A stretch of DNA of 64,000 nucleotides from Lachnospiraceae bacterium UBA7179 (GCA_002491195.1 DKVL01000011.1:7254-71253), one strand, 5' to 3'. Numbered from the stretch's first letter, positions 1 to 9,644 are shown. A program made the numbers and translations. The notes: generated by a model from the letters alone, not told the origin.

Positions 1-1897
1 TCTGTCTTGCGCTTGGCCCGCTGTTTACGATTTTTCCCGCAACGTGCATACTCAGACCGGCTGCCAGCGTATTGATATTCGCCGCTATGCCAAGATACGT
101 GGCGCTCTTTGTTGCCCTTTCTACATCGCCCTCACTGCTCTTCTTATTTGTCATGACACCCTTGGATACGCTTGCGCCCAGTCCCAGCGTCGCTGTGATC
201 AATCCGGTCGAAACATTGGCAAGAGCAAGCCTGCTCTTGGAAAGCCTTTCCCCGCGCGCCAGATAGGTTGCCAGAACAGCCTTGTCCTCCGCGCTGACAT
301 CCGGGCGCTCCAGCAGATTGAGCACTTTTCCCTTCGGAACTTTTCTTTTGAACGGGTTTTTAATGTGAAGCCTCCGCCTGCCCTTTTTCGGCTCTTCTAC
401 TTTCTCTTCTAATTTCTGTTCTTTCTCCTTTTCTTCTTTCTTCTGTTCTTCCTCCTTTTCTTCTTTCTTCTGGTCTTCCTCGTTTTCTTCTTTCTTCTGT
501 TCTTCTGCTTTCCCTTCTTCCTTCTTTTCTTCTACTTTCCCTTCTTCCTTCTTTTCTTCTGCTTCTTCTTTCTTTTCCTCCTCTGCATTCCCGGCGTTTT
601 CTTTCCCTGGCTCTTCCCCGGCTTTCTGCTCCGCCTTTTCCTTCTGCGCGTCCCCGGCGCTGGCGTCCGTATCGTATTTTGCAAAGATATTCAGCACATT
701 TGCCTCCTCGGTCTTCTGTGCCTTCTTGATCTTTCTGTGCTGTACCGCGAGATCCGTCAGCCCTTTACACACGCTTGTCAGTCCGGCAATCTGTCCCACG
801 ATGCCGGCGTAAGTCGAGATCTGATCCAGAAGGGCTTCCAGCTTTCCCCAGCCTCTTCTTTTGGCGATCGTCTTGGCAAGGGCAGCCCCCTTGGAGATCG
901 CCATGCCAAAATCCGAGACAAGGCCCACGACCGCAAAGACCTTCTTTACCGGAGATGTATTCACCTGCCTGAAATTTCTCAGCCTTTTGATGATGCTGCG
1001 GACAGAATTGATCAGGATCATGATATCATTCACCGTAGTGATCAGATTGCTGATTCTGGAATTCTTATAATTATTATCCACCGATCCCATTAATCCAGAA
1101 GTTGCATTTACCATCTTCATAGCTGTTCCCGCTTTATTCAGCTTGGAAGAATTCAAAAAGCGGTTAAAACGGCTCTGGGGCGCTGCCTGCTGCTCCGCCG
1201 CCTGTGCCTGCTCCACAGGGCTCTGGCCGTTCTCCAGCATTCTTGCATAGATCACTGCTTTGTACAGATTCCCTTTTCTGAGCTGCATCACTGCCTTCCG
1301 GTTCTTCGCTGCATCCGTTTCATCGCCGCCTTTCTCATCTGCATTGTCCTGGTCGGATTTCAGCTTTGCCAGGTCAGAGAGCGTATCAAACGCACGGTCA
1401 GGATCGACGTCTTCTTCCTCCTCGTCCTTCTCCTCCACGCCAACGTCCGTCGCCATTTTCAAAATAGTCGGATCGACGACATCCCCTGCCAGCTCTCCGC
1501 CCTGTTTTGGATCCTTCGGATTTTCTCCCTGATCCGGCTGGGCTTCCTTCGCTTCCGCCTTTTCTTCCTCTTCGTCCTGCGGGTTCTCTTCCTTCACAGC
1601 CTCCTGGTTTTCCTGCGCAGCCCGTTGTTCGATCTGCTCCTCTGCATTCTGGTCCTCATCAGGCGCTGCCTCCTTATTCGCAGCCGGAGCTTCCTCCTTA
1701 TTATCGGCAGGTACCGCTTCCTTATTATCGGCAGGTGCTGCCTGCACTTGCTGGTTTTCCTCCTGATCTGGTTTCTCCCCTTCAGCAGGCATCGGCTGCA
1801 TTGGCACTGCTTCTACTGGCGGCTGCTCTACCGGCTCTGCCGGCTTCGCATTCTGATCCACCTGTTGATTGTCATTTACTTTATCTTCCGGTTCCAT
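1..1897 (-). CDS. Large acidic/low-complexity protein with amphipathic-hydrophobic segments, 3'-partial (runs off left edge); candidate CIS cargo/effector
   Basis: Not in ORF track. AAGGAG SD then ATG at 1897 (MEPEDKVNDNQQVDQNAKPAEP...). I read the frame open to position 2 (~632 codons): E/Q/P-rich N-terminus, helical segments (VKKVFAVVGLVSDFGMAISKGAALAK; LANVSTGLITATLGLGASVSKG), EEKKEE tract at ~400-600. Co-oriented with the CIS operon. Confidence 0.8.
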   Translation of the reverse strand, partial: MEPEDKVNDNQQVDQNAKPAEPVEQPPVEAVPMQPMPAEGEKPDQEENQQVQAAPADNKEAVPADNKEEAPAANKEAAPDEDQNAEEQIEQRAAQENQEAVKEENPQDEEEEKAEAKEAQPDQGENPKDPKQGGELAGDVVDPTILKMATDVGVEEKDEEEEDVDPDRAFDTLSDLAKLKSDQDNADEKGGDETDAAKNRKAVMQLRKGNLYKAVIYARMLENGQSPVEQAQAAEQQAAPQSRFNRFLNSSKLNKAGTAMKMVNATSGLMGSVDNNYKNSRISNLITTVNDIMILINSVRSIIKRLRNFRQVNTSPVKKVFAVVGLVSDFGMAISKGAALAKTIAKRRGWGKLEALLDQISTYAGIVGQIAGLTSVCKGLTDLAVQHRKIKKAQKTEEANVLNIFAKYDTDASAGDAQKEKAEQKAGEEPGKENAGNAEEEKKEEAEEKKEEGKVEEKKEEGKAEEQKKEENEEDQKKEEKEEEQKKEEKEKEQKLEEKVEEPKKGRRRLHIKNPFKRKVPKGKVLNLLERPDVSAEDKAVLATYLARGERLSKSRLALANVSTGLITATLGLGASVSKGVMTNKKSSEGDVERATKSATYLGIAANINTLAAGLSMHVAGKIVNSGPSARQ

Positions 1898-1974
1898 ACT
1901 TTCACCCCACTCCTTCGATTCTACTATAACTGTTTCAATTGAAAACTTCTTGATTTCCAGTACTATTCTGATTT

Positions 1975-4701
1975 TCAGAACTTCTCGATCACTGTCTCCA
2001 CTTCCTCGCCTGTCGTCTGTTTATAATACTGGTCGCACCGGTACAGATACTCCTTTGCCGCCTTATCCTTCCGGTACTGCTTGAGCACTTCCACAAACAC
2101 GAGCCTCGCCTCATAGAACTTCCTTGCCACGAACAAGCCGACGCCTTTTTCAAACAGTTGTTTCGTCTCCTCTTTACTGTAAAACTCGTCTTCGCTGTCC
2201 CCGTCATAGACATCATAGATCCGCTCATAGGTATCGTTTGCTGTCAAATAAATATTTCCCAGATACCTTGCATGATAGCGCTCCTCAAAATCCGGAATCT
2301 GCTCATATACCAGATGCGTAATCAAAATATGCGCACCGTACTGGTCTCCCCGCAGCCGCAGCGTCTTTGCCAGATCCGAGTGGGCTGAAATCGCAGTGGC
2401 CTCCATGCGCTGCTCGTGCCCTATGACACCGATCATCACCTGTCCGTAGCTGATGGCAATGGTCCTGCCATTTCCTAACATCAGCTGGCGCATCAGATTC
2501 TGCATATCGATCGCCGCGTCCAGAGCCTCTCTGCTGCTGGCTGTAAACAGCGCTGTCAACCCGGTATCCTCAAAATGCTCCACCACGCCGGAATGGCTGT
2601 TGATCGGCTCCACGAGAATGGATAACATCTTATTGATGTTGTTGTACACCTGCTCTGCGGAAATGAAAACACTCTGTTTGGGATAGTCGATGGCATGCAG
2701 TGACAGTATGGTAAATTCCCCAGTCATCTGATCTCCCAGCTTCACTTCCTGAACCGACTCCTTGCCCAGCATATCGAGCGTCTTTGCCGGAATAAACTTG
2801 TAATACCCATCCGAAATACCCTTGATCTCCTGCACATACTGCGCGATTTTCAGGGACATCTGGTTAAAGGCCTGGGAGATATCCGCCACCTCGTCGTGTC
2901 CGCGCACCGCCACCGTGACGCCCAGATCGCCTGCTGCCAGTTTTCCGGCACATTCCTTCAAGGTCTTTAACGGCCGCAGGAATATGTATAAAATCACCAT
3001 CAGCGCCACGGTCAGCGCCAGAAGCAGCACGGAAGACGCATTTTTCAGATTCCACTGAAAATACCATACCTGGTAATCCTGTATATTTCCATCAACAGAA
3101 ACAGCAAGCACTCCATATTTTGTCCCATCATTCAGCACAAGCGGAATGTACTGGTTGATCCGTTTTCCATTTGTGTCCTCATCGGTCTTGTTGATGATCT
3201 CACTGGAATCATACGCCTGGTAAATCTTTTCTAAGATCTCCCCCGAATACACCCATTCTACAGGAACACCGATATACTCCGACATCGATTCACTGACATA
3301 CAGCCTTCCGTTCTCATCCGCATGGAAGATACTGTAGACATACATGCACAGTTCTCCCTGTCCTTTTCCCGCGTTAATACTGCGATGACTCAGCATCAGG
3401 GCGCGGTCCCCGGAAGGAAATTTCTCCGCATCCATCTCAATATTATTGATGATATCCTCCTGCAGCAGCTTTCCCAGCGCAGACAAAGCATTCGTCTGGT
3501 TCCGCTCCAGCTGTTCCTGCATGGACATGCCCACCCAGTATTCCAGGAAACGATCCATCATGAAAAGCCCCAGAAGAAACACTACCCCGAGCCGGACCAG
3601 AATCGTCTGAACATGATAACGCACACGAGCCATCCAATAGACACCTAAAATCACTGCCACAAGTATGATTATAATATAGTTTGCTATCATTCGACGCAGA
3701 ACAGAAAACGCAGTAATGGTAATCTCGTCAATATCCTGATGGCTTCCTCTCTGATAAGAGCAGACGGAAACCAGTCCAACCTCATCCTCCACGCCAGCAC
3801 AAAAACCATCCTGGGTACAGTCAATGCTCTGTAGATTCTGAAAAGTAAACTCCGGATCTACTCTTTGAAGTTCCTCCTGGGAGAATACGATCTTAGAAGT
3901 CCGTTCCGCCAGATCGATATACCGGATACATGCCTCCTCATAGTCCAGGACATAGGCTCCTGTCCCATCATCCGACAGGCTCTTAAACGCCCCTTGTCTG
4001 TCAGTGATGCCGCTAATCCATAGATAATTTTCCGTTCCGATCTCCTTGGCGTACACTTCCCCTGCATAATCCATCCACAGAAGTACTTTTTCCTTACTTA
4101 AGAAAAACTGTGTATTCAGGTACGGATACTCAAACGACACGTCCTCGATCATCTCCCTGTTTCCGCTCTGATCCAGCGAAAACAGTCTGGCATTTACAGA
4201 ACCTTGGTCCGAATCGGGAATCCCCACATAGTAAAGGTGGTCATTCCAGATACGCTGTATCAGTACCTGGCTGTACCCGCTGATATCCTGTGTCAGATCA
4301 TATCCGGTTGCGACCAGTCTTCCATGTGCAAAATCACACCGATAGACTTTGCAGCTGAGTTCGTTCTGCACTTCCACACTGATCTCCTCAACCAGCACAT
4401 ATGCATGATTCGCGTCATCAAAAAAGATCTGGCTGATAATCCGGTATTTACCCTTATCATGCTTGTCACAGAAAATCACATCACCCTTTTTTCCCGCAGG
4501 ATCGGAACGGATAATCTTTAGATCTTCATTTTTTCCCCGGTCCACATAATACAGATATCCGTCCTGCAGATGAATCTGTTCAATATAGTTTAACTGAATG
4601 GTTCTCCCATACATGCTAACTGCTGCGATTGCTATGACAGCCGCCGCCACGATGCAAATAATGCCATGGTAAACTTTACCATACTTATATTTTTTATTCA
4701 T
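1975..4701 (-). CDS. Membrane receptor: extracellular sensor + HAMP + degenerate class III adenylate/guanylate cyclase domain + TPR-like C-terminus
   Basis: Several TM helices; HAMP (RPLKTLKECAGKLAAGDL...DEVADISQAFNQM); cyclase-like GVIGHEQRMEATAIS; start trimmed from the ORF track (4734) to MNKKYK at 4701. Confidence 0.75.
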   Translation of the reverse strand: MNKKYKYGKVYHGIICIVAAAVIAIAAVSMYGRTIQLNYIEQIHLQDGYLYYVDRGKNEDLKIIRSDPAGKKGDVIFCDKHDKGKYRIISQIFFDDANHAYVLVEEISVEVQNELSCKVYRCDFAHGRLVATGYDLTQDISGYSQVLIQRIWNDHLYYVGIPDSDQGSVNARLFSLDQSGNREMIEDVSFEYPYLNTQFFLSKEKVLLWMDYAGEVYAKEIGTENYLWISGITDRQGAFKSLSDDGTGAYVLDYEEACIRYIDLAERTSKIVFSQEELQRVDPEFTFQNLQSIDCTQDGFCAGVEDEVGLVSVCSYQRGSHQDIDEITITAFSVLRRMIANYIIIILVAVILGVYWMARVRYHVQTILVRLGVVFLLGLFMMDRFLEYWVGMSMQEQLERNQTNALSALGKLLQEDIINNIEMDAEKFPSGDRALMLSHRSINAGKGQGELCMYVYSIFHADENGRLYVSESMSEYIGVPVEWVYSGEILEKIYQAYDSSEIINKTDEDTNGKRINQYIPLVLNDGTKYGVLAVSVDGNIQDYQVWYFQWNLKNASSVLLLALTVALMVILYIFLRPLKTLKECAGKLAAGDLGVTVAVRGHDEVADISQAFNQMSLKIAQYVQEIKGISDGYYKFIPAKTLDMLGKESVQEVKLGDQMTGEFTILSLHAIDYPKQSVFISAEQVYNNINKMLSILVEPINSHSGVVEHFEDTGLTALFTASSREALDAAIDMQNLMRQLMLGNGRTIAISYGQVMIGVIGHEQRMEATAISAHSDLAKTLRLRGDQYGAHILITHLVYEQIPDFEERYHARYLGNIYLTANDTYERIYDVYDGDSEDEFYSKEETKQLFEKGVGLFVARKFYEARLVFVEVLKQYRKDKAAKEYLYRCDQYYKQTTGEEVETVIEKF

Positions 4702-4751
4702 ATCTTTTTCCCCAGAATCCATTCCTCTAACCACATTTCCAGACTGCAGCC

Positions 4752-5135
4752 TCAGAGCTGCACTGTCTGACAGCCTGGATTGGTAAACTGTATCATCCCT
4801 CCATAGGCGCAGGTCAGCTTACACTGGTTGTTTACTGCCGGTTTTCCGCCCACCAGCACCTGGGGAACTCCCGGCGCCCATGGTCCCGCCGGAACAGGGA
4901 CGCAGGGCATCGGCGTCAATACCCCCATCGCCGCGGCTGTCGCCGCCGCCACCATTGGATTGGCCATGCTCTGACACATCCCAAAAGGCATAATATTCAC
5001 TAAGGGTATATTGTCCGCAATTGATGCAAGCGGCATAGCCGACACCACCTGCGCTGTCGGCAGAACATTCAGCGTGGACGGCGCCATGCCAAAAGTGCAA
5101 GTCATCATAGCGCCTCCTGTCACACATAATCCCAT
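4752..5135 (-). CDS. DUF4280 / PAAR-like spike-tip protein
   Basis: GGAGG SD before MGLCVTGGAMMTCTFG; motifs NIMPFGMCQS, TPMPCVP, W.PG, C.YGG.I typical of DUF4280. Confidence 0.9.
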   Translation of the reverse strand: MGLCVTGGAMMTCTFGMAPSTLNVLPTAQVVSAMPLASIADNIPLVNIMPFGMCQSMANPMVAAATAAAMGVLTPMPCVPVPAGPWAPGVPQVLVGGKPAVNNQCKLTCAYGGMIQFTNPGCQTVQL

Positions 5136-5139
5136 ACGT

Positions 5140-5898
5140 TCAGTCCTCCTCCCAAATACAATTCTTTGATAGATCGTTTTCCTTTGCCTGGACGATCTCG
5201 ATCGTTCCCTGCTTCTCCTCCCCTGCCTTTTCATAAGAATAATACAGCAGGCATTTTTCCTGGGGCAGCTCCTGGAACAAAATATAAAATTCTCCATTCT
5301 CATCCGCAACCGTCTCCTGCGCCGGATAGATCACGGTATCCTTGATCTGGTAATCCTGCTTCAAGGGCTCGCGCAGGCGATAGACTTCGGAATCTTCCTC
5401 TCTGTTTTTCAGGGCAAAATAGGCGCCCGATGTCTCCTTCTTTTTGCGGATATACCAGAGCGCACCTGCAATCCTGTTTTTGATATAAAAGGAAATCTGT
5501 TCTTCCCCTTTCTTGTAACCGCCAAACAGACGGCATATTCCCTTTTCATCCTCTATATGAAACCGCAGGATACTCCCCGGCAGCGCTTTTCCTCTGACTG
5601 CAGTGTAACCTGCCCGCCTGGGATAGCCCGGGGACGGATACATGAGCACATCCTCCAACTCCGCTCCCTGATCGGTCTTCAGACATATTTTCCTGGACTG
5701 GTACACAGGCGATTCCACCTCAAACCCAATCTCCGGATCGGTTACATTGATAAACAGGACATACCCGCCGCTTCGCTTTTCGATTTTTCCGCCAGAGAGA
5801 GAACGAATCCGAATGCCTGATGACACTGGCTCGCCAGTCAGTGCATCCCGCAGAAGAACTGCCTTGGACAATTGTATCTTTGTCTCCTGCAGCAGCAT
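5140..5898 (-). CDS. CIS-associated protein with carboxypeptidase-regulatory/Ig-like beta-sandwich character
   Basis: LRDALTGEPV and YPSPGYP motifs; directly follows the DUF4255 gene. Confidence 0.55.
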   Translation of the reverse strand: MLLQETKIQLSKAVLLRDALTGEPVSSGIRIRSLSGGKIEKRSGGYVLFINVTDPEIGFEVESPVYQSRKICLKTDQGAELEDVLMYPSPGYPRRAGYTAVRGKALPGSILRFHIEDEKGICRLFGGYKKGEEQISFYIKNRIAGALWYIRKKKETSGAYFALKNREEDSEVYRLREPLKQDYQIKDTVIYPAQETVADENGEFYILFQELPQEKCLLYYSYEKAGEEKQGTIEIVQAKENDLSKNCIWEED

Positions 5899-5899
5899 A

Positions 5900-6484
5900 T
5901 TATCCCTCCTTCCCAGCGATGCGGTAATCGATCTCCCGCACTCTCGTCACGTTCTTTCTTCTTGTAGACTGGATTTCCACAGGTCCCGCCGTGTAGAACA
6001 ACGATGTCCTGTAGGCCGCATTCGGCACCGTCCACAGCCTCAGTTTTTCCTCCAGTTCCAAATCCTGCATCTGAATACGGATATTGCTTCCCGTCGCTCC
6101 ATCCAGCGGTGTAAAATGATCTGGATCCATAGCCGCATTGTCCCGGAGCGCCTGGATGATCCTGCCAAAGATCTGATGCTCCTGCGGTGCGCGGTATTTC
6201 AGATCGCTCTGCAGATAGAGCGTGATCATATAGTGCAATGTCAGATAAGTGGATGGATAGCGCTGGGTATTTCTTCCAATATTCGTCATCTCATGGGCCT
6301 GTATGGAGGTGTCCTCCTTCACATCATAAAGCCATACCCCGACTGCAAAATCTCCGTGGTCCTCCGGTGAACAGAGTCCGATCTGATCCGGGCTGTTCAA
6401 AAGCTCCGGGATCAGGGCATCCTTTAATAACGCAATCATTCCGTTTCCTGTGTCTGCGATTTTGGTATAATCTGACATAAACAT
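5900..6484 (-). CDS. DUF4255 / Pvc16-Afp16-like tube-sheath terminator (cap)
   Basis: VWLYDVKED, LTLHYMIT, IFGRIIQAL.D, YRTSLFY motifs. Confidence 0.85.
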   Translation of the reverse strand: MFMSDYTKIADTGNGMIALLKDALIPELLNSPDQIGLCSPEDHGDFAVGVWLYDVKEDTSIQAHEMTNIGRNTQRYPSTYLTLHYMITLYLQSDLKYRAPQEHQIFGRIIQALRDNAAMDPDHFTPLDGATGSNIRIQMQDLELEEKLRLWTVPNAAYRTSLFYTAGPVEIQSTRRKNVTRVREIDYRIAGKEG

Positions 6485-8559
6485 CCCTTTCTCCGAAATA
6501 ATAAATATTGTCCCAAATCAATTACCTCTACGTCGTCCATCTGTGTCTCAGGTGTTGTCTCTTCCTCTGGAATCGGAATCATTGTTTCCTCCTCTGGAAT
6601 CGGAATCATTGTTTCCTCCTCTGAGCTTGAGATCGTTTCCTCCTCCGGGCTTGAAATCGTTTCCTCCTCTGGAATTGAAGTTGTTTCTTCCTCTGGAATC
6701 GGAGTTGTTTCCTCCTCAGGATCCGGGATCGGTACAGTCTCTTCCTCTGGAATTGGAGTTTCCTCTGCCGCAGGATCTGGAACCTCTTCTGCCAGGAACA
6801 GCATATTGTTCTTGAATTGCCCTTCCGCCAGGATTTTTCCGGTAGCAGCTTCATAGAGCGTTCCTTTTCCATGATATTCTCCGTTGACAAATTCTCCTTG
6901 ATAGATCAGATTACCATCTTCATCCCACAGACTTCCAGCACCATAAAACGCACCTTTCAGAAATCCACCTTCATACTTCAGATTCCCTGTTGTAGTGTGG
7001 TATAACTTTCCCTGCCCATCATACAGCCCCTTATAAAAACTGCCGTCATACATCAGATTTTCCGTCTCGGCATCAGTCAGTTTCCCGGCTCCCTCATACA
7101 ACCCTTCTACAAACCCGCCTTCATAGACAGGTATCTCTTTTTCGGGATCATACAATTTTCCCTCTCCGGTATAATTGTCCGCCTGAAAATTTCCTTCATA
7201 GATGAGCACACCGTTTTCGTCGTAAGCTTTTCCAGGCCCCTCCTTCTGACCTTTGACAAAGGTTCCATCATATACGAGAATCTCTTCGTTATAGAGTTTT
7301 CCTTCCCCCTCATAGGCGTTTTCTACAAACTCGCCCTCATATAATAATACTCCATCTTCGTACTGTTTCCCCTTTCCTTCATGAGCGCCCTTGACAAACT
7401 CGCCTTCATAAAGCAGATTGCCTTCCTGATCATACTCTGTTCCGGCGCCTTCCTTTTCCCCGCCGGAAAAAGTGCCTTCATAGATCAGAGGACCTTTTAT
7501 TTCTCCTGAACCAGTATCTTCCTGGGCTAAATAGAGTTTTCCTTCTCCCTCTCTCTTTCCATCAGCAAAATTCCCCTCATAGATCATGTTATTCGCCGCG
7601 TCAAACTCGATGCCGGCGCCTTCCTTTTTCCCCTCCGCGAAACTTCCTTCATAGACGGGCTCTCCTCCTCCATAGAGCGTTCCGTCTCCCTGATATGCAC
7701 CGTCCGCATTGATCGTTCCCTCATAGAGAAGATCTCCCTCTTCGTCATAGAGAACGGTTTCCTGTAATGTCGGCACACCATTTTCAAAAAGTCCCTTAGC
7801 AATCACATTTCCGTCATCGTCGTAGAGAGTTCCTTTTCCTTCGGGCACTCCACTGGCGAATGTACCCACATACTCTTCCTGCCCATCTGCAAAATACAAT
7901 GTGCCATTTCCTTCATACAGACCGTTTTTAAACGCGCCCTGATAGATCAGACTGCCATCTCTGTCATAGAGACTCCCCTGCCCATCGTACAGATTTAACA
8001 GAAAGGTTCCCTTATAACAAAGCTGCTCCGAATTTTTATAATACAGCTCTCCCTCTCCCGAGTAGGCTTCCATCTCAAAGTTGCCCTCATAGAGCAGCGC
8101 GCCTTCGTAAGTGTAGAGCTGACCTTTTCCATTGATCCTTCCGTCATCCATCTTTCCCTTGAAAATCAGCGTATTGTCATACTCTGACAAGAGCTCCACC
8201 TTGCCGGAATAGCCGATCATCTCCGGGGAATTGATGACCATCGTCTTTGTAAAGAACCACGACACCAGGACAGGATGCAGCAGTTTAATATACAGAACCG
8301 GAAGAATTAACACTGCAAGCATCACAACATAGACCAACCTCTTTAGCACATAATAACGCCCTATCGAGAAGTAGTCCTGAATGGTCCGCTCCTTTTTCTC
8401 CTTTTTCTGGCTGATCCCCTTACGGACATCGCTTAAAACCTTTGAAGAAAAAGATTCCGGGCTGACCATTCTCTTCACTTTGCGAACTGCCACCTGAATC
8501 GGTGCTGTTAGAATATGCGACAACTTTCTCGCTGTACGTCCGATCAGTCCGCCCTTCAT
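6436..8559 (-). CDS. Single-TM membrane protein with long MORN-repeat array and acidic PEEET tail
   Basis: Basic N-terminus, TM (LVYVVMLAVLILPVLYI), roughly 20 YEGxFxxGxxxGxGxLY repeats. Confidence 0.85.
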   Translation of the reverse strand: MKGGLIGRTARKLSHILTAPIQVAVRKVKRMVSPESFSSKVLSDVRKGISQKKEKKERTIQDYFSIGRYYVLKRLVYVVMLAVLILPVLYIKLLHPVLVSWFFTKTMVINSPEMIGYSGKVELLSEYDNTLIFKGKMDDGRINGKGQLYTYEGALLYEGNFEMEAYSGEGELYYKNSEQLCYKGTFLLNLYDGQGSLYDRDGSLIYQGAFKNGLYEGNGTLYFADGQEEYVGTFASGVPEGKGTLYDDDGNVIAKGLFENGVPTLQETVLYDEEGDLLYEGTINADGAYQGDGTLYGGGEPVYEGSFAEGKKEGAGIEFDAANNMIYEGNFADGKREGEGKLYLAQEDTGSGEIKGPLIYEGTFSGGEKEGAGTEYDQEGNLLYEGEFVKGAHEGKGKQYEDGVLLYEGEFVENAYEGEGKLYNEEILVYDGTFVKGQKEGPGKAYDENGVLIYEGNFQADNYTGEGKLYDPEKEIPVYEGGFVEGLYEGAGKLTDAETENLMYDGSFYKGLYDGQGKLYHTTTGNLKYEGGFLKGAFYGAGSLWDEDGNLIYQGEFVNGEYHGKGTLYEAATGKILAEGQFKNNMLFLAEEVPDPAAEETPIPEEETVPIPDPEEETTPIPEEETTSIPEEETISSPEEETISSSEEETMIPIPEEETMIPIPEEETTPETQMDDVEVIDLGQYLLFRRKGCLCQIIPKSQTQETE
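6545..6790 (-). repeat. Coding tandem repeats (24-30 bp units) encoding PEEET(x)n
   Basis: Repeated gtttcctcctctggaat-type units. Confidence 0.85.
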
Positions 8560-8590
8560 ACTCCATCCCCCCTGTCAAAGCATACCCTTT

Positions 8591-9463
8591 TTATTTTGCC
8601 TGCTCCTGCATCTCTAAAGTACCAATCTGCCCGAATTTGATCCCATTGTCTGACATCACCGGATTGGGCAGATTCAGCAGTAAATAGATCGCTGCTGATA
8701 GAATCAGCGCCGCTGCAAGCGCTGCGCGGATCTTTGGAAAGATCTGTTTCAGCTTCTCCCACGCACGCCACCAGATCCGTCTCGGCTGTAACTCCTGCCG
8801 CTCACTCTTTGTCAGAACAACCTCATAAATATTATCATAGGCCACATAACAGTCCCACAGATAGGCAAACCGCCCTTCCTCCATATCCCGGGCAAACTTT
8901 GTCAATTCCCGCGAGCTTTTTTGTTCCAGTTCTTTTGCAAACAATTCCTGCACCAGTCCGCTGATGCGGCCGATACAGTCCTTCTCCTGCACTTTCCAAT
9001 AATAGTCCACCTCGGTAAAGAAATAGTTAAACCGAACGCTGAGATCCTCTTCAATTACTATATTATCTTTGCGCAGTACTTCGTAAAGAAAGCAATCCGG
9101 CATGTTTAACAGAAAGATTTGAGCAAAAATATTCTTCATCAACAACAGGCGTTCCTGTAAATTGCAGTTTCCCCGCTCAATTACCTGCTGCAGCGTTCTT
9201 CCGCTGGCATGAAGGAACACCACATAATATCTGCCGTCCGCATTGAAGCTTGCATGCAGATCTTTAAAAGAAAAGTTTGTGTTTGCCTTAGTCGTTACAG
9301 GCACCAGCTTTCTTGCCAGCTCCAGGTCGCTGACACAGGCGATCGTATATTTCACACCTTCCACTCCTGCATCCGACGCAGCATAGAGTTCAATCGTCCC
9401 GGAACCTGTGGTCTTGATCTTTGAAACCAGCTCATACTGCCTGTTCTGAAAATTAATTACCAT
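8591..9463 (-). CDS. Putative pseudokinase-fold protein with C-terminal TM helix
   Basis: YELVSKI..GSG, YYVVF...GRTL and LRKDNIVI resemble kinase subdomains; no HRD or DFG; TM AALAAALILSAAIYLLL. Confidence 0.5.
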   Translation of the reverse strand: MVINFQNRQYELVSKIKTTGSGTIELYAASDAGVEGVKYTIACVSDLELARKLVPVTTKANTNFSFKDLHASFNADGRYYVVFLHASGRTLQQVIERGNCNLQERLLLMKNIFAQIFLLNMPDCFLYEVLRKDNIVIEEDLSVRFNYFFTEVDYYWKVQEKDCIGRISGLVQELFAKELEQKSSRELTKFARDMEEGRFAYLWDCYVAYDNIYEVVLTKSERQELQPRRIWWRAWEKLKQIFPKIRAALAAALILSAAIYLLLNLPNPVMSDNGIKFGQIGTLEMQEQAK

Positions 9464-9504
9464 AACCTAACTCCCATACAGCTATTTATTTTTCACCCTT
9501 CCCG

Positions 9505-9640
9505 TCATGCCGCCATCAGCGCGGCACAAACAATCTGCAGGAAGAATCGCCGCCCTTGCGATTCTTCTGGGTGAACAAAGTCTGCTATGCAGACTTAGAT
9601 TTTCTTAGCGGGCGTCTTTTGGCCGCTTAGAAAATCTCTT
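9505..9640. other. Intergenic cluster of four stem-loops inside the CIS operon
   Basis: TGCCGC..GCGGCA; GAAGAATCGC..GCGATTCTTC; AAGTCTGC.GCAGACTT; AGATTTTCT.AGCGG..CCGCT.AGAAAATCT. Confidence 0.65.
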
Positions 9641-9644
9641 CACA

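Noticed and set aside
1905-1913. GGAGTGGGG matching the subtilase break point as the second att site
   Set aside because: It is followed by a stop and the cargo ORF rather than the protease C-terminus, and it is explained as that ORF's SD.
5136-5309. N-terminal extension of the DUF4280 ORF
   Set aside because: Overlaps the upstream gene; the real start has a GGAGG SD at 5135.
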